Below are positions 19,596 through 31,500 of a stretch of 45,850 nt of DNA, in pieces. Under the pieces are notes generated by a model. The model saw nothing but the letters and a program-made list of their open reading frames with translations, was not told where the DNA came from and made no database searches. The translations under genes and the position numbers were made by a program. Positions within the stretch are counted from its first letter, which is position 1. Each line of letters opens with the position of its first letter. This stretch comes from a virus (taxonomy: Duplodnaviria > Heunggongvirae > Uroviricota > Caudoviricetes): the IMG/VR virus record IMGVR_UViG_650377933_000003; one strand, 5' to 3'.

Positions 19596-21554
19596 TTACG
19601 CCGTACATTTCACCAGACCGCGGTGATCAACTGGCGCGACACCGGCGTCAATACGCACTTTCGTTGTCACGCCATCCACACTGAAGCCCTCCATCTGATC
19701 AATATATGGCGTATCCACACCGTTGAGATAAGCCACTTCAATCGTATCGGAGCCTTTTGACGCAGCCAGGTAGAAGGTGGTCTGGCTGTTATCATCAAGA
19801 CGAGGCTCTGCAATAACGGTCGCAAAATCTTTCACCGGGTTAATAATACCGGCGTTAATGTCAGCCCCCTTGACACTTGAGGAGCGAATGACCTGGTTAG
19901 CAACAGACTCCATCGCCGTCGGTACCAGTACGAACGCAGGACGAATATTCAGATGACGCTCCCCCTCTTTCTGAACGCGCATCAACTGGCGGGCTTTATC
20001 CAGCGATGCCACGTCCATTGCAGCGCTCTCCAGTACGTTTGCATGTTTCGCTTTATCGAACAGACTTACATTATCTGTGGAGATTTTCGGGTTAGACGTC
20101 AGAATGGCATAAACCAGATCGGCAATAGTGGATTTCGCCGCACGGCCCAGTTTCATCGGGACATCGGTCAGCATATTCAGATCATCATTGATAATGGCCT
20201 GACGGGTGATACTGAACAGCTCGCCATAGGTCGCCAGTGCAATAGTGGCCTGTTTATCTCCGGTGGTGACGTATTTATATTCCGCCCCTTCACGCACCTG
20301 ACGCAGAGCACTGAAGCCCCCCATACCCACACGATGGGCAATTTTAAAATCAGACAACTGACCTTTCCGCGTCCATTGTTCATAGGTTTCAGGAGCATCT
20401 TCCCAGCCCTGCAGAATGGCTTTGTTCGCAACATCCAGCAGAATATTACCGAAGTCAGACGTACTGTGGGTGAACGCCGCACCGACCATCTGCATCGGGT
20501 TATAACCGGAAACCCCAATCCCCCGTTCAGTCAGTGACATACGGGCATATTCACGCAGGGTCATCCCGTTGTAGACATTATCACGTTCGGTTTTTTCAAA
20601 TCCGGCACGCGCCATCAGCGCCTGGCGGATCCCGTCCCCCACAAAATTACCGTTACCAGCATAAATATGAGCCGGTGTATTTTTATTGGATGGCGTGGAC
20701 TCGCGCCCCATCTCGTTCAACAGCTTTTCGCGGGCCTGCTCCAGCGAACACTCAGGATCGGCAAGACACTGAGCCTGCAGCGTCTGATAACGCCCGCCAA
20801 ACATGGCAAACAGATCATTAATACCGTTTACACGCGCTTTTTGCTCTGCCAGTACCTGCGCACGGATACTGTTTTCATCCACCACGGGTGCTGCTGCCTG
20901 CACTGGCGTCCGGGAGGCTGCAGGTTCATCATCCTGTACGCGTGGAGCACTGTTGCGTGGCGGAGTAATCATGTTTCGAATGGATTCCGGCATCTTTTTA
21001 AATTCCTCTGTACGTTTTGACTGAATACATGCCATTGCCTTAACGGCTGGCGTCACCTGATCAGCAAATCCATGTGCCAGACATTCGGCACCGGACATCC
21101 AGGTCTCATCCGCCAGCATGGCAGCAATTTCATCGGTGGTTTTCCCGGTTTTCTGTGCATAAGCGGGTAACAGAACCGCCTCAACCTTATCGAGCAGGTC
21201 GGCATAGGTGCGCATGTCCTCCGCATCACCGCCCGTAAAGCCAAATGGTTTATGAATCATCATGAAGGTGTTTTCCGGCATAATGACCGGGTTTCCCACC
21301 ATCGCAATGACCGACGCCATTGACGCCGCCACACCGTCGACATAAACGGTAATGGACGCACCATGTGTTTTCAGCGCATTAAAAATGGCGATGCCTTCAA
21401 AGACATCGCCACCCGGTGAATTGATATGGAGATTAATGTGGGTGATATCGCCCAGTGCATTCAGATCACTGATAAACTGCTTCGCTGTAACACCCCAGAA
21501 ACCAATCTCGTCATAAATATAAATATCCGCGTCACTCTGGTGACCAGCCTGCAT
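19596..21554 (-). CDS. Prohead protease (ClpP/S14-like) - scaffold - major capsid fusion protein
   Basis: N-terminal ClpP-type motifs (IYIYDEIGFWGV, HINSPGGDVFEGIAIFNAL, VASMASVIAM), a central helical segment and a C-terminal major-capsid-like region. Start set at the ATG at 21554, just after the portal stop; the longer ORF to 21815 overlaps portal. Confidence 0.75.
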   Translation of the reverse strand: MQAGHQSDADIYIYDEIGFWGVTAKQFISDLNALGDITHINLHINSPGGDVFEGIAIFNALKTHGASITVYVDGVAASMASVIAMVGNPVIMPENTFMMIHKPFGFTGGDAEDMRTYADLLDKVEAVLLPAYAQKTGKTTDEIAAMLADETWMSGAECLAHGFADQVTPAVKAMACIQSKRTEEFKKMPESIRNMITPPRNSAPRVQDDEPAASRTPVQAAAPVVDENSIRAQVLAEQKARVNGINDLFAMFGGRYQTLQAQCLADPECSLEQAREKLLNEMGRESTPSNKNTPAHIYAGNGNFVGDGIRQALMARAGFEKTERDNVYNGMTLREYARMSLTERGIGVSGYNPMQMVGAAFTHSTSDFGNILLDVANKAILQGWEDAPETYEQWTRKGQLSDFKIAHRVGMGGFSALRQVREGAEYKYVTTGDKQATIALATYGELFSITRQAIINDDLNMLTDVPMKLGRAAKSTIADLVYAILTSNPKISTDNVSLFDKAKHANVLESAAMDVASLDKARQLMRVQKEGERHLNIRPAFVLVPTAMESVANQVIRSSSVKGADINAGIINPVKDFATVIAEPRLDDNSQTTFYLAASKGSDTIEVAYLNGVDTPYIDQMEGFSVDGVTTKVRIDAGVAPVDHRGLVKCTA

Positions 21555-21567
21555 CCTGAACCAGGAA

Positions 21568-23076
21568 TTATTCTTCGGACTGGTCGTCGGTGTGCTGCGG
21601 CTCCTGTCGTTTCGTTGCGGCACTGCTGCCTCCTTTATCACTGGCCGGATCGGTATCAAATACCAGATCCAGCTTGCGGTTTTCATCAATTTCTGCCTTG
21701 CGCCGACGTTTGACATCATCCGGATTACGACCACCTGCACGTACCCAGTCTGATTCTGTCGCCGCTCCACCACGAATCTGAATTTTCCAGGCCTCAGCCT
21801 CCTTAACAGGGTCAATCCACGGCATCACCGGTCCGGAATACACCGCGGTATACAGTGAAGAACGGTCAAGATCGCGGGGTAGCCTGATAACACCGGATGC
21901 CACAGCCTGTTTCAGCCAGGCACGATACATCGGGCGGGTGACGGCACCAATAAACCAGTCCTGCAGGATCAGGTAGCCATCAGTGGATTCAACCAGCTCC
22001 TGACGCTGGGCGCTGTAAGTGCCGTTATAGTTGCGCGCTGTACTGGAAAAACTCAGACGACTGCCCGCCGCCACGGCACGCAACTGACCATTACGAAAAG
22101 TTTCAAGGTTAGGATTGGGGCGATCCGACTTCACCATTCCGATTTCTTCGCCGGGTTTCAGATCGTCGTAAATAATGCCTGGCTGAATGGTAAGCTCGCG
22201 TTCATTCTCCTTGCTGTCATTACCATCCGTTTCATAGCTCTGTCCGTCGCCTTTGCGGATGTACATCCCCAGAGCAGCAGCGATCCTTGCTGCAGTCAGC
22301 TCAGAATCTTCATATTCTTTCAGGGCACTGAGGCGGATCAGCACACCGGACAATAAAGACGTCCCGCGCATCTGGTGCAGACGGCGAACAAATTTAAGAT
22401 GCAGCATTCGCTCTGCATCCACTTCTTTGGTTTCCATCTGCCGTCCGGATACAGGACGACTTTTATACACCAGATATTTTTCGGGACGCCCCCAGTCATC
22501 AACAAACACGCCCTGATTCAGCCTGTTGCTCTCATCACTGGTCATGGGAATAAAGTCTGGCTCGAGTGCCTCCAGCCAGAAATGAACACCGGCAGAAGGC
22601 GTCAGGCTGTTTATGCGCCCGGAAACCATCTGGGCAAACACCTCACCATCGCGCAGCCAGGTACGCAGCATCAGACGTTCCAGCATCGGACGGGTAAACT
22701 GCCCGGTAACTTCCGGACTGACAGACCATTCACTCCATCGGGTGCGTATCTCCGCTGCCAGATCACGGGCAATGGCCCCATTGCGTAATACCGGATGTGG
22801 CTCGACAATAATCCCGTTTTTCCCCACCACCCGTTCTTCCAGCTTGTCAAATACACCAATGACCAGATCGTGGTTGTTATCAAGGTAACGGGCCTGCTCA
22901 CGTAACGACACGGCCCCGTAGAGGCTTAACTGGTCGGCAGTTCGGTTTTCCCGCCGGGCTTTGTGTGTCCGCGTCGTTTTTACGGCCTCATAAGCCTGGA
23001 TCACCGCCCGGGAACGCAGCCTTGCCGCTTTCCATCCTGGTGAAAAAACGCCAATCACATCATCAAGAATTGCCAT
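21568..23076 (-). CDS. Portal protein
   Basis: About 500 aa portal-sized protein between W-like and protease/capsid; start ATG at 23076 overlaps the W-like stop (TGATG). Confidence 0.85.
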   Translation of the reverse strand: MAILDDVIGVFSPGWKAARLRSRAVIQAYEAVKTTRTHKARRENRTADQLSLYGAVSLREQARYLDNNHDLVIGVFDKLEERVVGKNGIIVEPHPVLRNGAIARDLAAEIRTRWSEWSVSPEVTGQFTRPMLERLMLRTWLRDGEVFAQMVSGRINSLTPSAGVHFWLEALEPDFIPMTSDESNRLNQGVFVDDWGRPEKYLVYKSRPVSGRQMETKEVDAERMLHLKFVRRLHQMRGTSLLSGVLIRLSALKEYEDSELTAARIAAALGMYIRKGDGQSYETDGNDSKENERELTIQPGIIYDDLKPGEEIGMVKSDRPNPNLETFRNGQLRAVAAGSRLSFSSTARNYNGTYSAQRQELVESTDGYLILQDWFIGAVTRPMYRAWLKQAVASGVIRLPRDLDRSSLYTAVYSGPVMPWIDPVKEAEAWKIQIRGGAATESDWVRAGGRNPDDVKRRRKAEIDENRKLDLVFDTDPASDKGGSSAATKRQEPQHTDDQSEE

Positions 23077-23294
23077 CAGAACCTCGCCAGCCGGTACCCG
23101 GGATGCCCCCGTCGTCGTGTAATCAGAGCCGCAAGGCGGCGCTCCCACTCCTGCCGTCCCTGCCGGATCTCAGATAAGTTTTCCATGGTCATCTGCTGAC
23201 CATTAAAGGTGACGGATTTTCCGTCCAGCACCGCCATTTCAGCTTCCGTATAACGCTGAATCATGGCTTCGATATCATTCTGGTTCATAACCAT
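23076..23294 (-). CDS. Head-tail joining protein, W-like
   Basis: 72 aa between large terminase and portal, the position of lambda W; small helical basic protein. Confidence 0.55.
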   Translation of the reverse strand: MVMNQNDIEAMIQRYTEAEMAVLDGKSVTFNGQQMTMENLSEIRQGRQEWERRLAALITRRRGHPGYRLARF

Positions 23295-25384
23295 CCTCCG
23301 GAAGTCAGCCAGGGGTTAACATCGTCAGTTACTGTTTTCTTCCGTTTTTGTTTTTTAACAGGCGTGGATACCGGTTCCGGTGAGGGTGACGGTTCGGTAC
23401 TGTCCGGGACACACTCCAGCCAGGTTTCCCGGCTCGCCCACTCCGGTGCATCCGGCCAGCGGATCTTTTCGTATCCATGCAGAATGACCAGAGCCTCGGC
23501 ATACACCATCAGGTCAAAAGCTTCGTTGGCACCGCGACCCGGCTTACTCCATTTCCCGTCACTGCTCCGCTCTTCATACGTCAGTTCGTCGTAAAACCAG
23601 CTCCCCAGCCAGTCAGGGAAATGCACATAGCCGGGACCTGGCGAGTCACGCCATAACGCGTTATTCACCCGGTCTTTCAGTGCATCCGTCTGAAGAAGCC
23701 AGAGCGGCACATCACCTGCGGCCTGCGCCCGTCGGCCCGTTCGTCCGGTGTTATCAGGGAATGTACGGGTGATCAGTTTTGCGCGCCGGATGCTGTCGCC
23801 CTTAAACAGGTAAATACGTTTACCAAGGCCATCACGACGGCAACGACGCCAGAATTTATAGGCATTATCAGTGACCCCGTCTTCACCGCCGGAGTCCACC
23901 GCCATTGCCATCAGTCGCATTTGTTGAGAAGGATCGGAGGACAGCGGCCAGCTTTTATGAAAAACATCCGTCAGCAGGACATCCCAGTCTTCCGGATAGC
24001 TGGCCGGATCAATTCGCTGGCTCTCCCCGTCGCAGTCACTGCGCAATGACTGCGTGATATTGTAACGATCAATAATCCAGCGTTCGCCACGACTGCCATA
24101 GCCCGTTACCTGAACCACAAAACGGCGATGACGTCCCGCCTGCACATCCACTGTCGCCACAAGGAAATTAACGCCATCCGGCACACTGCAGGAAGGAACT
24201 GGCTCTGCCCGCTGCTCAAGCAGTTCACTTTTTCGTTGCTCCATGCTGGCACGAGGAAGATAAGGCAATCCCCAGTCGGTGTTGATAACCGCCCTGAGTG
24301 TTTCTTCGCTTCCTGTCGCTTCATACTCCTGTTCTGCAGTCAGTAATTTGTAAACCAGTTGCGCCCAGGTCTGATACGCAGCAGCTGGCCCTTCCATCCA
24401 GAAACTGGCGATACGGGAGCGGCGCGGTTCACCGGAAACGTTGCCGTTACGATCAATGACCTGACCTTCACGCAACCAGACTCCTGCACTATTGAGCTCA
24501 CGCTTTTTCTCCGCAGTGATAATGCCGCTGCAGTGCGGGCAAAGTAGATACGCCGCCTCACTGGCTTTAAAGGGATCCGGTTCATTACGGTAGCCGGTCA
24601 TGGCATCCATAGCTGGCTGAAAATATTCACCGCAGTGCGGACATGGCCAGTACCAGCGGCGGCGGTCACCACGATTGTAAAGGGAAAGAATACCAGTCGT
24701 CGGTGGCGCTTCATGAGGCGACTTACGTCGCCATTTGCTGTCGCAGATGTCACGTCCCGGCGAGCTCTCCACCAGAGTCATCCCGGCGGACATAAATGTG
24801 GTGGTACGTTTTGAGGCCAGGGAGAAACCATCACCCTCGCTGTCGATATTCTCCGGAAAACGGTCGTAATCGGTTAAGGCGACAAACCGGTAATCCGACG
24901 ACGACATAATGTTGACCGAGGGCCAACCAATTTTAAGGAACGAGCCATCCCTGAACGTCTTATCATGGACATTATTGTCGTTACGACGTGGACTCATTCT
25001 TTTCTTTACCGCCGCACTGCTTCTGAACGTTCTGTCGAGGCGCTTTTTAGAATGCTCGCGGGCCTTATCTTCGGTCATCTGCACAACGAGCATGTCCGAA
25101 GGATCGCAAACGATGGTATAGACAATCCATCCATCGATCAGACCAATGGTCTTCCCTGTTCGCGCAGGACCAACAAAAATCACCGCATCGTATTCACGCG
25201 ATGCCAGGCAGTTCAAGGGCTCAATGATGTAGGGTGTCAGTTCAGGATCCCATGGCACCGAGTTACCAGCCCCCTTGGGAACACGCATGAATTTTTTAAC
25301 AGCCTCCGAAATCGGCATGCGACGTGGTGGGGAAAATCCTGCCGATATGTCCCTTCCCAAATTTCGGGCTGATGAAAAACCCAT
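23285..25384 (-). CDS. Terminase large subunit (GpA-type)
   Basis: 699 aa; Walker A-like FVGPARTGKT; Cys-rich segments (WYWPCPHCGEY, LLCPHCSG) like the lambda A zinc-binding region; AGGAGG 5 nt upstream of the ATG. Confidence 0.9.
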   Translation of the reverse strand: MGFSSARNLGRDISAGFSPPRRMPISEAVKKFMRVPKGAGNSVPWDPELTPYIIEPLNCLASREYDAVIFVGPARTGKTIGLIDGWIVYTIVCDPSDMLVVQMTEDKAREHSKKRLDRTFRSSAAVKKRMSPRRNDNNVHDKTFRDGSFLKIGWPSVNIMSSSDYRFVALTDYDRFPENIDSEGDGFSLASKRTTTFMSAGMTLVESSPGRDICDSKWRRKSPHEAPPTTGILSLYNRGDRRRWYWPCPHCGEYFQPAMDAMTGYRNEPDPFKASEAAYLLCPHCSGIITAEKKRELNSAGVWLREGQVIDRNGNVSGEPRRSRIASFWMEGPAAAYQTWAQLVYKLLTAEQEYEATGSEETLRAVINTDWGLPYLPRASMEQRKSELLEQRAEPVPSCSVPDGVNFLVATVDVQAGRHRRFVVQVTGYGSRGERWIIDRYNITQSLRSDCDGESQRIDPASYPEDWDVLLTDVFHKSWPLSSDPSQQMRLMAMAVDSGGEDGVTDNAYKFWRRCRRDGLGKRIYLFKGDSIRRAKLITRTFPDNTGRTGRRAQAAGDVPLWLLQTDALKDRVNNALWRDSPGPGYVHFPDWLGSWFYDELTYEERSSDGKWSKPGRGANEAFDLMVYAEALVILHGYEKIRWPDAPEWASRETWLECVPDSTEPSPSPEPVSTPVKKQKRKKTVTDDVNPWLTSGGWL

Positions 25385-25392
25385 TATTCCTC

Positions 25393-25920
25393 CTAGAGAC
25401 TCTCTCCTTCCTCATCAGGAATTAATTCAGCAGCACAAGCCTCGTAGGATTTTTCCTGAAGAGTGTATCGCAGGTCATCAATGGCCTGCTGTACAACGCC
25501 GACGGCCTGAGGAGTCAGAGCGCAATCGCGTTCAAGAACATCCGGAATTGTCTCCAGAACCTGGACGACAGCCTTTCTCATGGACGAATAGACGATGACT
25601 ACTTCATCAACTGGGATGAGTTTTCGCTGCTCCTTTTCCAGCTTGATCCTTTCATTTTCAGACTGGTACCAGTCCTTTCTCTCTTTCGGCTCCATACGGG
25701 ATGGATCATGAACAGAGTCTGCTGCCTCATGCTTCACACTAAACAGGGCGGGCCCGACATGCTGCAGGGCGTAAACGGGGTTCCCCCTGACAGTCGCAGC
25801 CACAGGAGTGTTGGCCGCGAGGAGCCGTTTTTTTACTGTGTCCCGGTGAAGCCCAAAGGCCTCGGCGATTTTAAAAACACTCCAGTAATAAGCATCACCG
25901 ATCCCGCTCACATTTGACAT
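25393..25920 (-). CDS. Terminase small subunit (Nu1-like, HTH)
   Basis: About 175 aa immediately upstream of the large terminase; N-terminal HTH-like segment; start at the ATG at 25920 with GGAG upstream. Confidence 0.75.
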   Translation of the reverse strand: MSNVSGIGDAYYWSVFKIAEAFGLHRDTVKKRLLAANTPVAATVRGNPVYALQHVGPALFSVKHEAADSVHDPSRMEPKERKDWYQSENERIKLEKEQRKLIPVDEVVIVYSSMRKAVVQVLETIPDVLERDCALTPQAVGVVQQAIDDLRYTLQEKSYEACAAELIPDEEGESL

Positions 25921-26094
25921 AAGCAACTCCATCTGGCAGGTGAAAATCAGGTTTATTTATATATTTCAATTAATTGCAAACTGGTCTAATGACAGGAAGA
26001 AAAAAATATTGTACAGGTGAAAAGAGAAATAACTTTTAATTATCAATAAATTACCAAACATGCTGCCGCCGCCATGGAAATGCAAAAACTAGCC

Positions 26095-26130
26095 TTTTTC
26101 CGCGACGCTCCCGCCCCGTGGCAGGGGCCC
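26095..26130. other. Putative cohesive-end site (cosN-like)
   Basis: Minus-strand sequence CACGGGGCGGGAGCGTCGCGGAAAAAGGCT resembles the recalled lambda cos region ACGGGGCGGCGACCTCGCGGGTTTTCGCT; it lies about 190 bp upstream of the small terminase start, as in lambda. Confidence 0.5.
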
Positions 26131-26483
26131 CCACCGGGAGGACCCGACAGCCTGACAGCCGTGACGAGCATCTGATACAGCGCTTTACATAATGGCATAG
26201 GAATAATTCAGAAGGACATCACAGCATGCCCACACAAATTAGTGTGAGTGTCCTGTTTCTTCCTACGCACAGGACTGACGAGCATGAGGGGAAAACATGC
26301 GAACCATAAATGCCTCATCTTCAGCAATGCAGCCGGCATCCGAACAGGACGATATGTAAATTCACCTAATTACGAGGACATTGCAGTAGTTGAATTGCAG
26401 CTCTGTATTAGCCTGACAGTGACAGAATGCGACATTGACTCTGTCACAGGTGAAATAGTTTGAATGATTAGCAGTTATGGTGC

Positions 26484-26690
26484 TCAGTCAACCACCAGGG
26501 AATAATCCTTCGAATTCTTATCGTGCTTCACCAACGCTGCCTCAATTGCCCTGAATGCTTCCAGAGACACCTGATGTTCTATACATGCGATTACAACATC
26601 CGGGTAACTCATAGAAATGGTGCTATTAAGCATATTTTTTACACGAATCAGATCCAACGAGAGTTCATCAGCAGATTGTTCTTTATTCAT
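26484..26690 (-). CDS. Hypothetical small protein (68 aa)
   Basis: ORF in the post-cos accessory region; no homolog recognised. Confidence 0.4.
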   Translation of the reverse strand: MNKEQSADELSLDLIRVKNMLNSTISMSYPDVVIACIEHQVSLEAFRAIEAALVKHDKNSKDYSLVVD

Positions 26691-26990
26691 TTTGTCGCTC
26701 CATGCGTTTGCTCGTCATCTAGCGGTTAAAATATTACTTCAAATCTTTCTGCATAAAAGAGGAAAAGTATGAAAGTTTGAGTACATCGACCTTACATACA
26801 TCTGTCGGTTGCATATCCCTCCTGGATGCCAGCAAGGCTCAACTTTGTTACGCAATCAACACTATTCATTAAAAACAGGCTTAATATTTGACATAAATCA
26901 TCAACAAAACACAAAGAGGTCAGACCAGATTGAAACAATAAACACGATAATGCAAACTACGCGCCATCGTATCACATGGAAGGTTTACCA

Positions 26991-27401
26991 ATGGCTCAGG
27001 CTGCCATTTTTAAAGAAATATTCGATCAAGTGCGTAAAGATTTAAACTGTGAATTATTTTATTCTGAGCTAAAACGTCACAATGTCTCACTTTATATTTA
27101 CTATTTAGCCACAGATAATATTCACATTGTGTTAGAAAACGACAACATAGTGTTAGTAAAAGGACTCAAAAAGGTTGTAAATGTTAAACTCTCCAGAAAC
27201 AAACATCTTATAGAGACCTCCTATAATAAGTTGAAATCAAAAGAAATCACATTTCAACAATACAGGGAAAATCTTGCTAAAGCAGGAGTTTTCCGATGGG
27301 TTACAAATATCCAGGAACACCAAAGATATTACTATGCCTTTGATAACTCATTACTATTTACTGAAAGCATCCAGAAAACTACACAGATCTTACCACGCTA
27401 A
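26991..27401 (+). CDS. ydfO: DUF1398-type protein, YdfO-like (136 aa)
   Basis: ATG at 26991 with GGAAGG upstream; [31 protein letters not shown]... matches recalled YdfO. Confidence 0.7.
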   Translation: MAQAAIFKEIFDQVRKDLNCELFYSELKRHNVSLYIYYLATDNIHIVLENDNIVLVKGLKKVVNVKLSRNKHLIETSYNKLKSKEITFQQYRENLAKAGVFRWVTNIQEHQRYYYAFDNSLLFTESIQKTTQILPR

Positions 27402-27552
27402 ACCATAACGTCCGGCTTCTCTCACTCCTGAGCCGGACTGCATTGGTTTAATAAAAACCATCAACAATTGTGATTTAGATATTCGGAACCATTCAAATAT
27501 AACAAAACCCCGTAAAAACGAGGTTTATGGATAAATTTTATTATTGAATACA

Positions 27553-27726
27553 TCAGATTAAATTAATCTTGACATCATAGCTTTCAAGACCCGTCATTTT
27601 TTCCCGTGCGGTAAACTGAATACTGGTAACTTCTTTCCCGGTCTTTTTCTTAAGTTCAATAATTTTTTTTGTTATATATTCAGAAATATCTGCTTCTGCT
27701 TTTGTTTTTAAGTCTTCAATATTCAT
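27553..27726 (-). CDS. gnsB: GnsB-like small protein (57 aa), not in the ORF track
   Basis: Manual minus-strand translation gives MNIEDLKTKAEADISEYITKKIIELKKKTGKEVTSIQFTAREKMTGLESYDVKINLI; AAGAGGA upstream. Confidence 0.75.
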   Translation of the reverse strand: MNIEDLKTKAEADISEYITKKIIELKKKTGKEVTSIQFTAREKMTGLESYDVKINLI

Positions 27727-27897
27727 CATTTCCTCTTTTAGTCTGTTATGACTTTCCAGTTACACAGTAAGTCGATTATATGGTGCAAACGTGTAAAAGA
27801 TAAGATGAAACATCGCAATAATCAACATACGATAGTCTAAATTTTACACAAACAGACAAAGAGAATTTTCCTGAATTATCAATGCAATAGCATCAAA

Positions 27898-28128
27898 TCA
27901 ACTCAAGAGCCTTATTGCTGCTTCCAGAATTTCTTCTGAAGTAACATGTCGATCCGCGGCTACATAAATGACTTTATGATCTCCGGTCAGAGATGGAAAC
28001 CCTGCGGCCATTACAGTAAGGTGTGTTTTTTCGCCATTTGGATATTCACGCATGATGGTGTTAACTCCAGTCATCGCTGGCACTACCACTGCTGGTTCAG
28101 AGTTAAAAAAAACTATGATTTTTTTCAT
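27898..28128 (-). CDS. Hypothetical protein (about 76 aa)
   Basis: ORF 27898..28170; likely start MKKIIVFFNSEPAVVV...; no homolog recognised. Confidence 0.4.
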   Translation of the reverse strand: MKKIIVFFNSEPAVVVPAMTGVNTIMREYPNGEKTHLTVMAAGFPSLTGDHKVIYVAADRHVTSEEILEAAIRLLS

Positions 28129-28399
28129 GATGTTACCGTAGTATGTGAGTATCCATCGAATAGACACCAAGCAAAAAAGCTCCCGAAGGAGCCTTCATTT
28201 TCACTTTTTTAAATCCAACGACAGACGGCTGGCATTTAAGTATTGTGAAATATTATCAAATGTAATCATCATTGATTTACAAAAGATACATTTTGCCCCG
28301 AAAGGATTCATGTCAGAAACATCAAAAGATGATGTTCTATACTGGGAACCATGACAACACGGGCATCTAAAGTGAATATGGTTTGTAATATTGTCTACC

Positions 28400-28612
28400 T
28401 CAAAGCGCCACTACATGAACAGCGGCAGGACCTTTAGGTCCGTTCTCAATACCAAATTCAACTTCCTGATTCTCAGTTAATGTTTTGAAATCGTTGCTCT
28501 GAATTGCTGAGAAATGGACAAACACATCTTTGCTGCCATCTTTCGGCGTGATGAAACCAAAACCTTTTTCAGGGTTAAACCATTTCACTAAACCAGTCAT
28601 TTTGTTAGACAT
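28400..28612 (-). CDS. cspI: Cold-shock protein (CspA family), CspI-like
   Basis: 70 aa; [23 protein letters not shown]... with RNP1/RNP2 motifs (KGFGFI, VFVHF). Confidence 0.85.
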   Translation of the reverse strand: MSNKMTGLVKWFNPEKGFGFITPKDGSKDVFVHFSAIQSNDFKTLTENQEVEFGIENGPKGPAAVHVVAL

Positions 28613-28975
28613 AATTATTACCTTTTGAAGAAATTAGCCCTTGGGCAGAATGGTCCGAAAAAAAAATATCAGAGAGAAAAACCAACAAGGAAATCTCAAG
28701 AGGTACAAATAATAAAATTATAACAATGACTGCTTCAGATAAATTTGTAACAAACCAGAACACCATTAACGCATGATTAACCACCCATAGCAAGGATTAC
28801 TTTTGTAAAGAAAAACACAGCAATGAAAGAATAGCTTTATTTATTAATAAAACGTGTCATTCTGATTAAGACCTTTTATCTTACCCTTAAGATTTCAGGA
28901 ATTTTGGCTCATGGAAGCGTCCTTTTTATTTAAATTTTACATTCCGCGATGTAAATGTTCCGATTTAATATTACC

Positions 28976-29999
<1,024 letters not shown>

Positions 30000-30003
<4 letters not shown>

Positions 30004-30311
30004 AGATATTTATGATGAGGACGCTCGTGCTTATTGGCAGGATTTTCAATCTTAAAGGAGTACTGATGCTGCAGATAAGACTCAACTTTTTCTGACAATT
30101 TTTCTGCTACTTCCAGGAAGACTTGCCGGACGCTCCTTCTGGCTGCTGCCTCATAAAACTCCAGCGCAGCTCCTTCAACACGGTCCATGGCGACATCCAG
30201 GTCAAAAATTTCACCGTCAAAGCGTTCTTTGTCCTGTAAGGCTACAGTTACCGTAACTTTATTCTCAAAATTACGGACTCCTTTCACAACCAGTTCATAG
30301 TCTTGAGTCAT
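30000..30311 (-). CDS. ydfR: YdfR-like protein (103 aa) between holin and endolysin
   Basis: Size and position match the recalled Qin ydfR; sequence identity not verifiable here. Confidence 0.55.
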
Positions 30312-30315
30312 TGGA

Positions 30316-30531
30316 TTACTCTCCTCTCGCAGCCTTACGCCTGTCTTCTTTAATCTTGAAATAAAGATTTGTCAGATACGTCAGCAGGCCAAAAACCAGG
30401 CTACCCAGCACACCGATTGCAGCCCACTGTGACGGAGTTACTTTATCGAGTAACTGCAATGCCCAGAAACCAGCATTACCCGCCGATGTGCCATAGGCAA
30501 CACCTGTTGTTAACTTATCCATTGATTTCAT
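30316..30531 (-). CDS. Pinholin, phage 21 S-like, with dual-start motif MKSM
   Basis: [71 protein letters not shown] closely matches recalled S21/EssD-type holin. Confidence 0.85.
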   Translation of the reverse strand: MKSMDKLTTGVAYGTSAGNAGFWALQLLDKVTPSQWAAIGVLGSLVFGLLTYLTNLYFKIKEDRRKAARGE

Positions 30532-30750
30532 ATCCTCACCCCGATGTACACGGATGGTGCAATATGTTTGAAAAGATCGGAGTCTACGGGGTAGTTTTGA
30601 CAGCACACGCTGTTCTCAACGGCGCTAAAGAAACATACACATTAAAAATGTGAGTAATTATTTTGAAAGAAAGTCATATATAAAATAATAATACGAGAAA
30701 TGTTTTCATATTTAGTGTACTGTATACGGCCATTTATACAGGAAAAGCCT

Positions 30751-30921
30751 ATGTCAGAACGTAAAGACTCAAAATCACGCCGTAATTATCTCGTTAAATG
30801 TTCCTGCCCAAACTGCACCCAAGAGTCAGAACACAGTTTTTCAAGAGTACAAAAAGGTGCCCTTTTGATCTGCCCTCATTGCAACAAAGTATTCCAGACA
30901 AATCTTAAAGCTGTAGCCTGA
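30751..30921 (+). CDS. Small zinc-ribbon protein (56 aa, two CxxC pairs)
   Basis: ATG at 30751 with AGGAAAAG upstream; CSCPNC ... CPHCNK motifs; followed by a GC hairpin. Confidence 0.5.
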   Translation: MSERKDSKSRRNYLVKCSCPNCTQESEHSFSRVQKGALLICPHCNKVFQTNLKAVA

Positions 30922-30980
30922 TTGATTTTATTAGTAACAAGTATTTTTTATATTTTAATAATATATTTAAAGCAGATAAT

Positions 30981-31006
30981 AAAAAACCCGCCTGAGCGGG
31001 TTTGAG
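30981..31006. terminator. Bidirectional rho-independent terminator-like hairpin
   Basis: AAAAAACCCGCCTGAGCGGGTTTGAG: GC stem flanked by an A-run and a T-run, between convergent genes. Confidence 0.5.
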
Positions 31007-31284
31007 ATTGTGGTGCTTTTTGTGGGAGTCATCCACTTACGCACTTTGTTTTGCCATGCCAGCAGTTAGCTTCTGCTGTAAAACTATTCATGCAGCAAAC
31101 CTGCACTTCACCACAATGGTTAGCATACTTTCCCTGATTAAGATTTTGCCAAATATGCTGGCCATTGTTTCATGTATTGGACCTCCTTAATTTTTATTAA
31201 AGAAATCCAATATTCACTACTCTGTCCGTATCTCTACTCAGGCATCAGCCTTCTTCGTTATCGTATACAGACGAGCGATGAATT

Positions 31285-31500
31285 TTAATCAGTAATGATG
31301 ACATTTGCTGCTGCAGGACCTTTAGCACCACTCTCTATAGAGAAGGTAACCTTTTGACCTTCAAATAAGGTTCGATAATTATCATTCTGAATCGCAGAAA
31401 AATGCACAAACACATCTTTACTACCATCAACAGGAGAAATAAAGCCGAAACCTTTATCAGCGTTAAACCATTTTACTAAACCAGTCATTTTATTTGACAT
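31285..31500 (-). CDS. cspB: Cold-shock protein (CspA family), CspB-like
   Basis: 71 aa; [23 protein letters not shown]... Confidence 0.85.
   Translation of the reverse strand: MSNKMTGLVKWFNADKGFGFISPVDGSKDVFVHFSAIQNDNYRTLFEGQKVTFSIESGAKGPAAANVIITD

Noticed and set aside
26166-26480. 71-aa + strand ORF (26248..26463) and a weak hairpin between cos and the accessory genes
   Set aside because: No SD, odd composition and no recognisable domain; the hairpin arms are short (about 8 bp) with a long loop; insufficient evidence for a gene or structured RNA.
28605-28793. 62-aa minus-strand ORF upstream of the cspI-like gene
   Set aside because: Lies in the AT-rich promoter/5' UTR region of the csp gene; likely a chance ORF.
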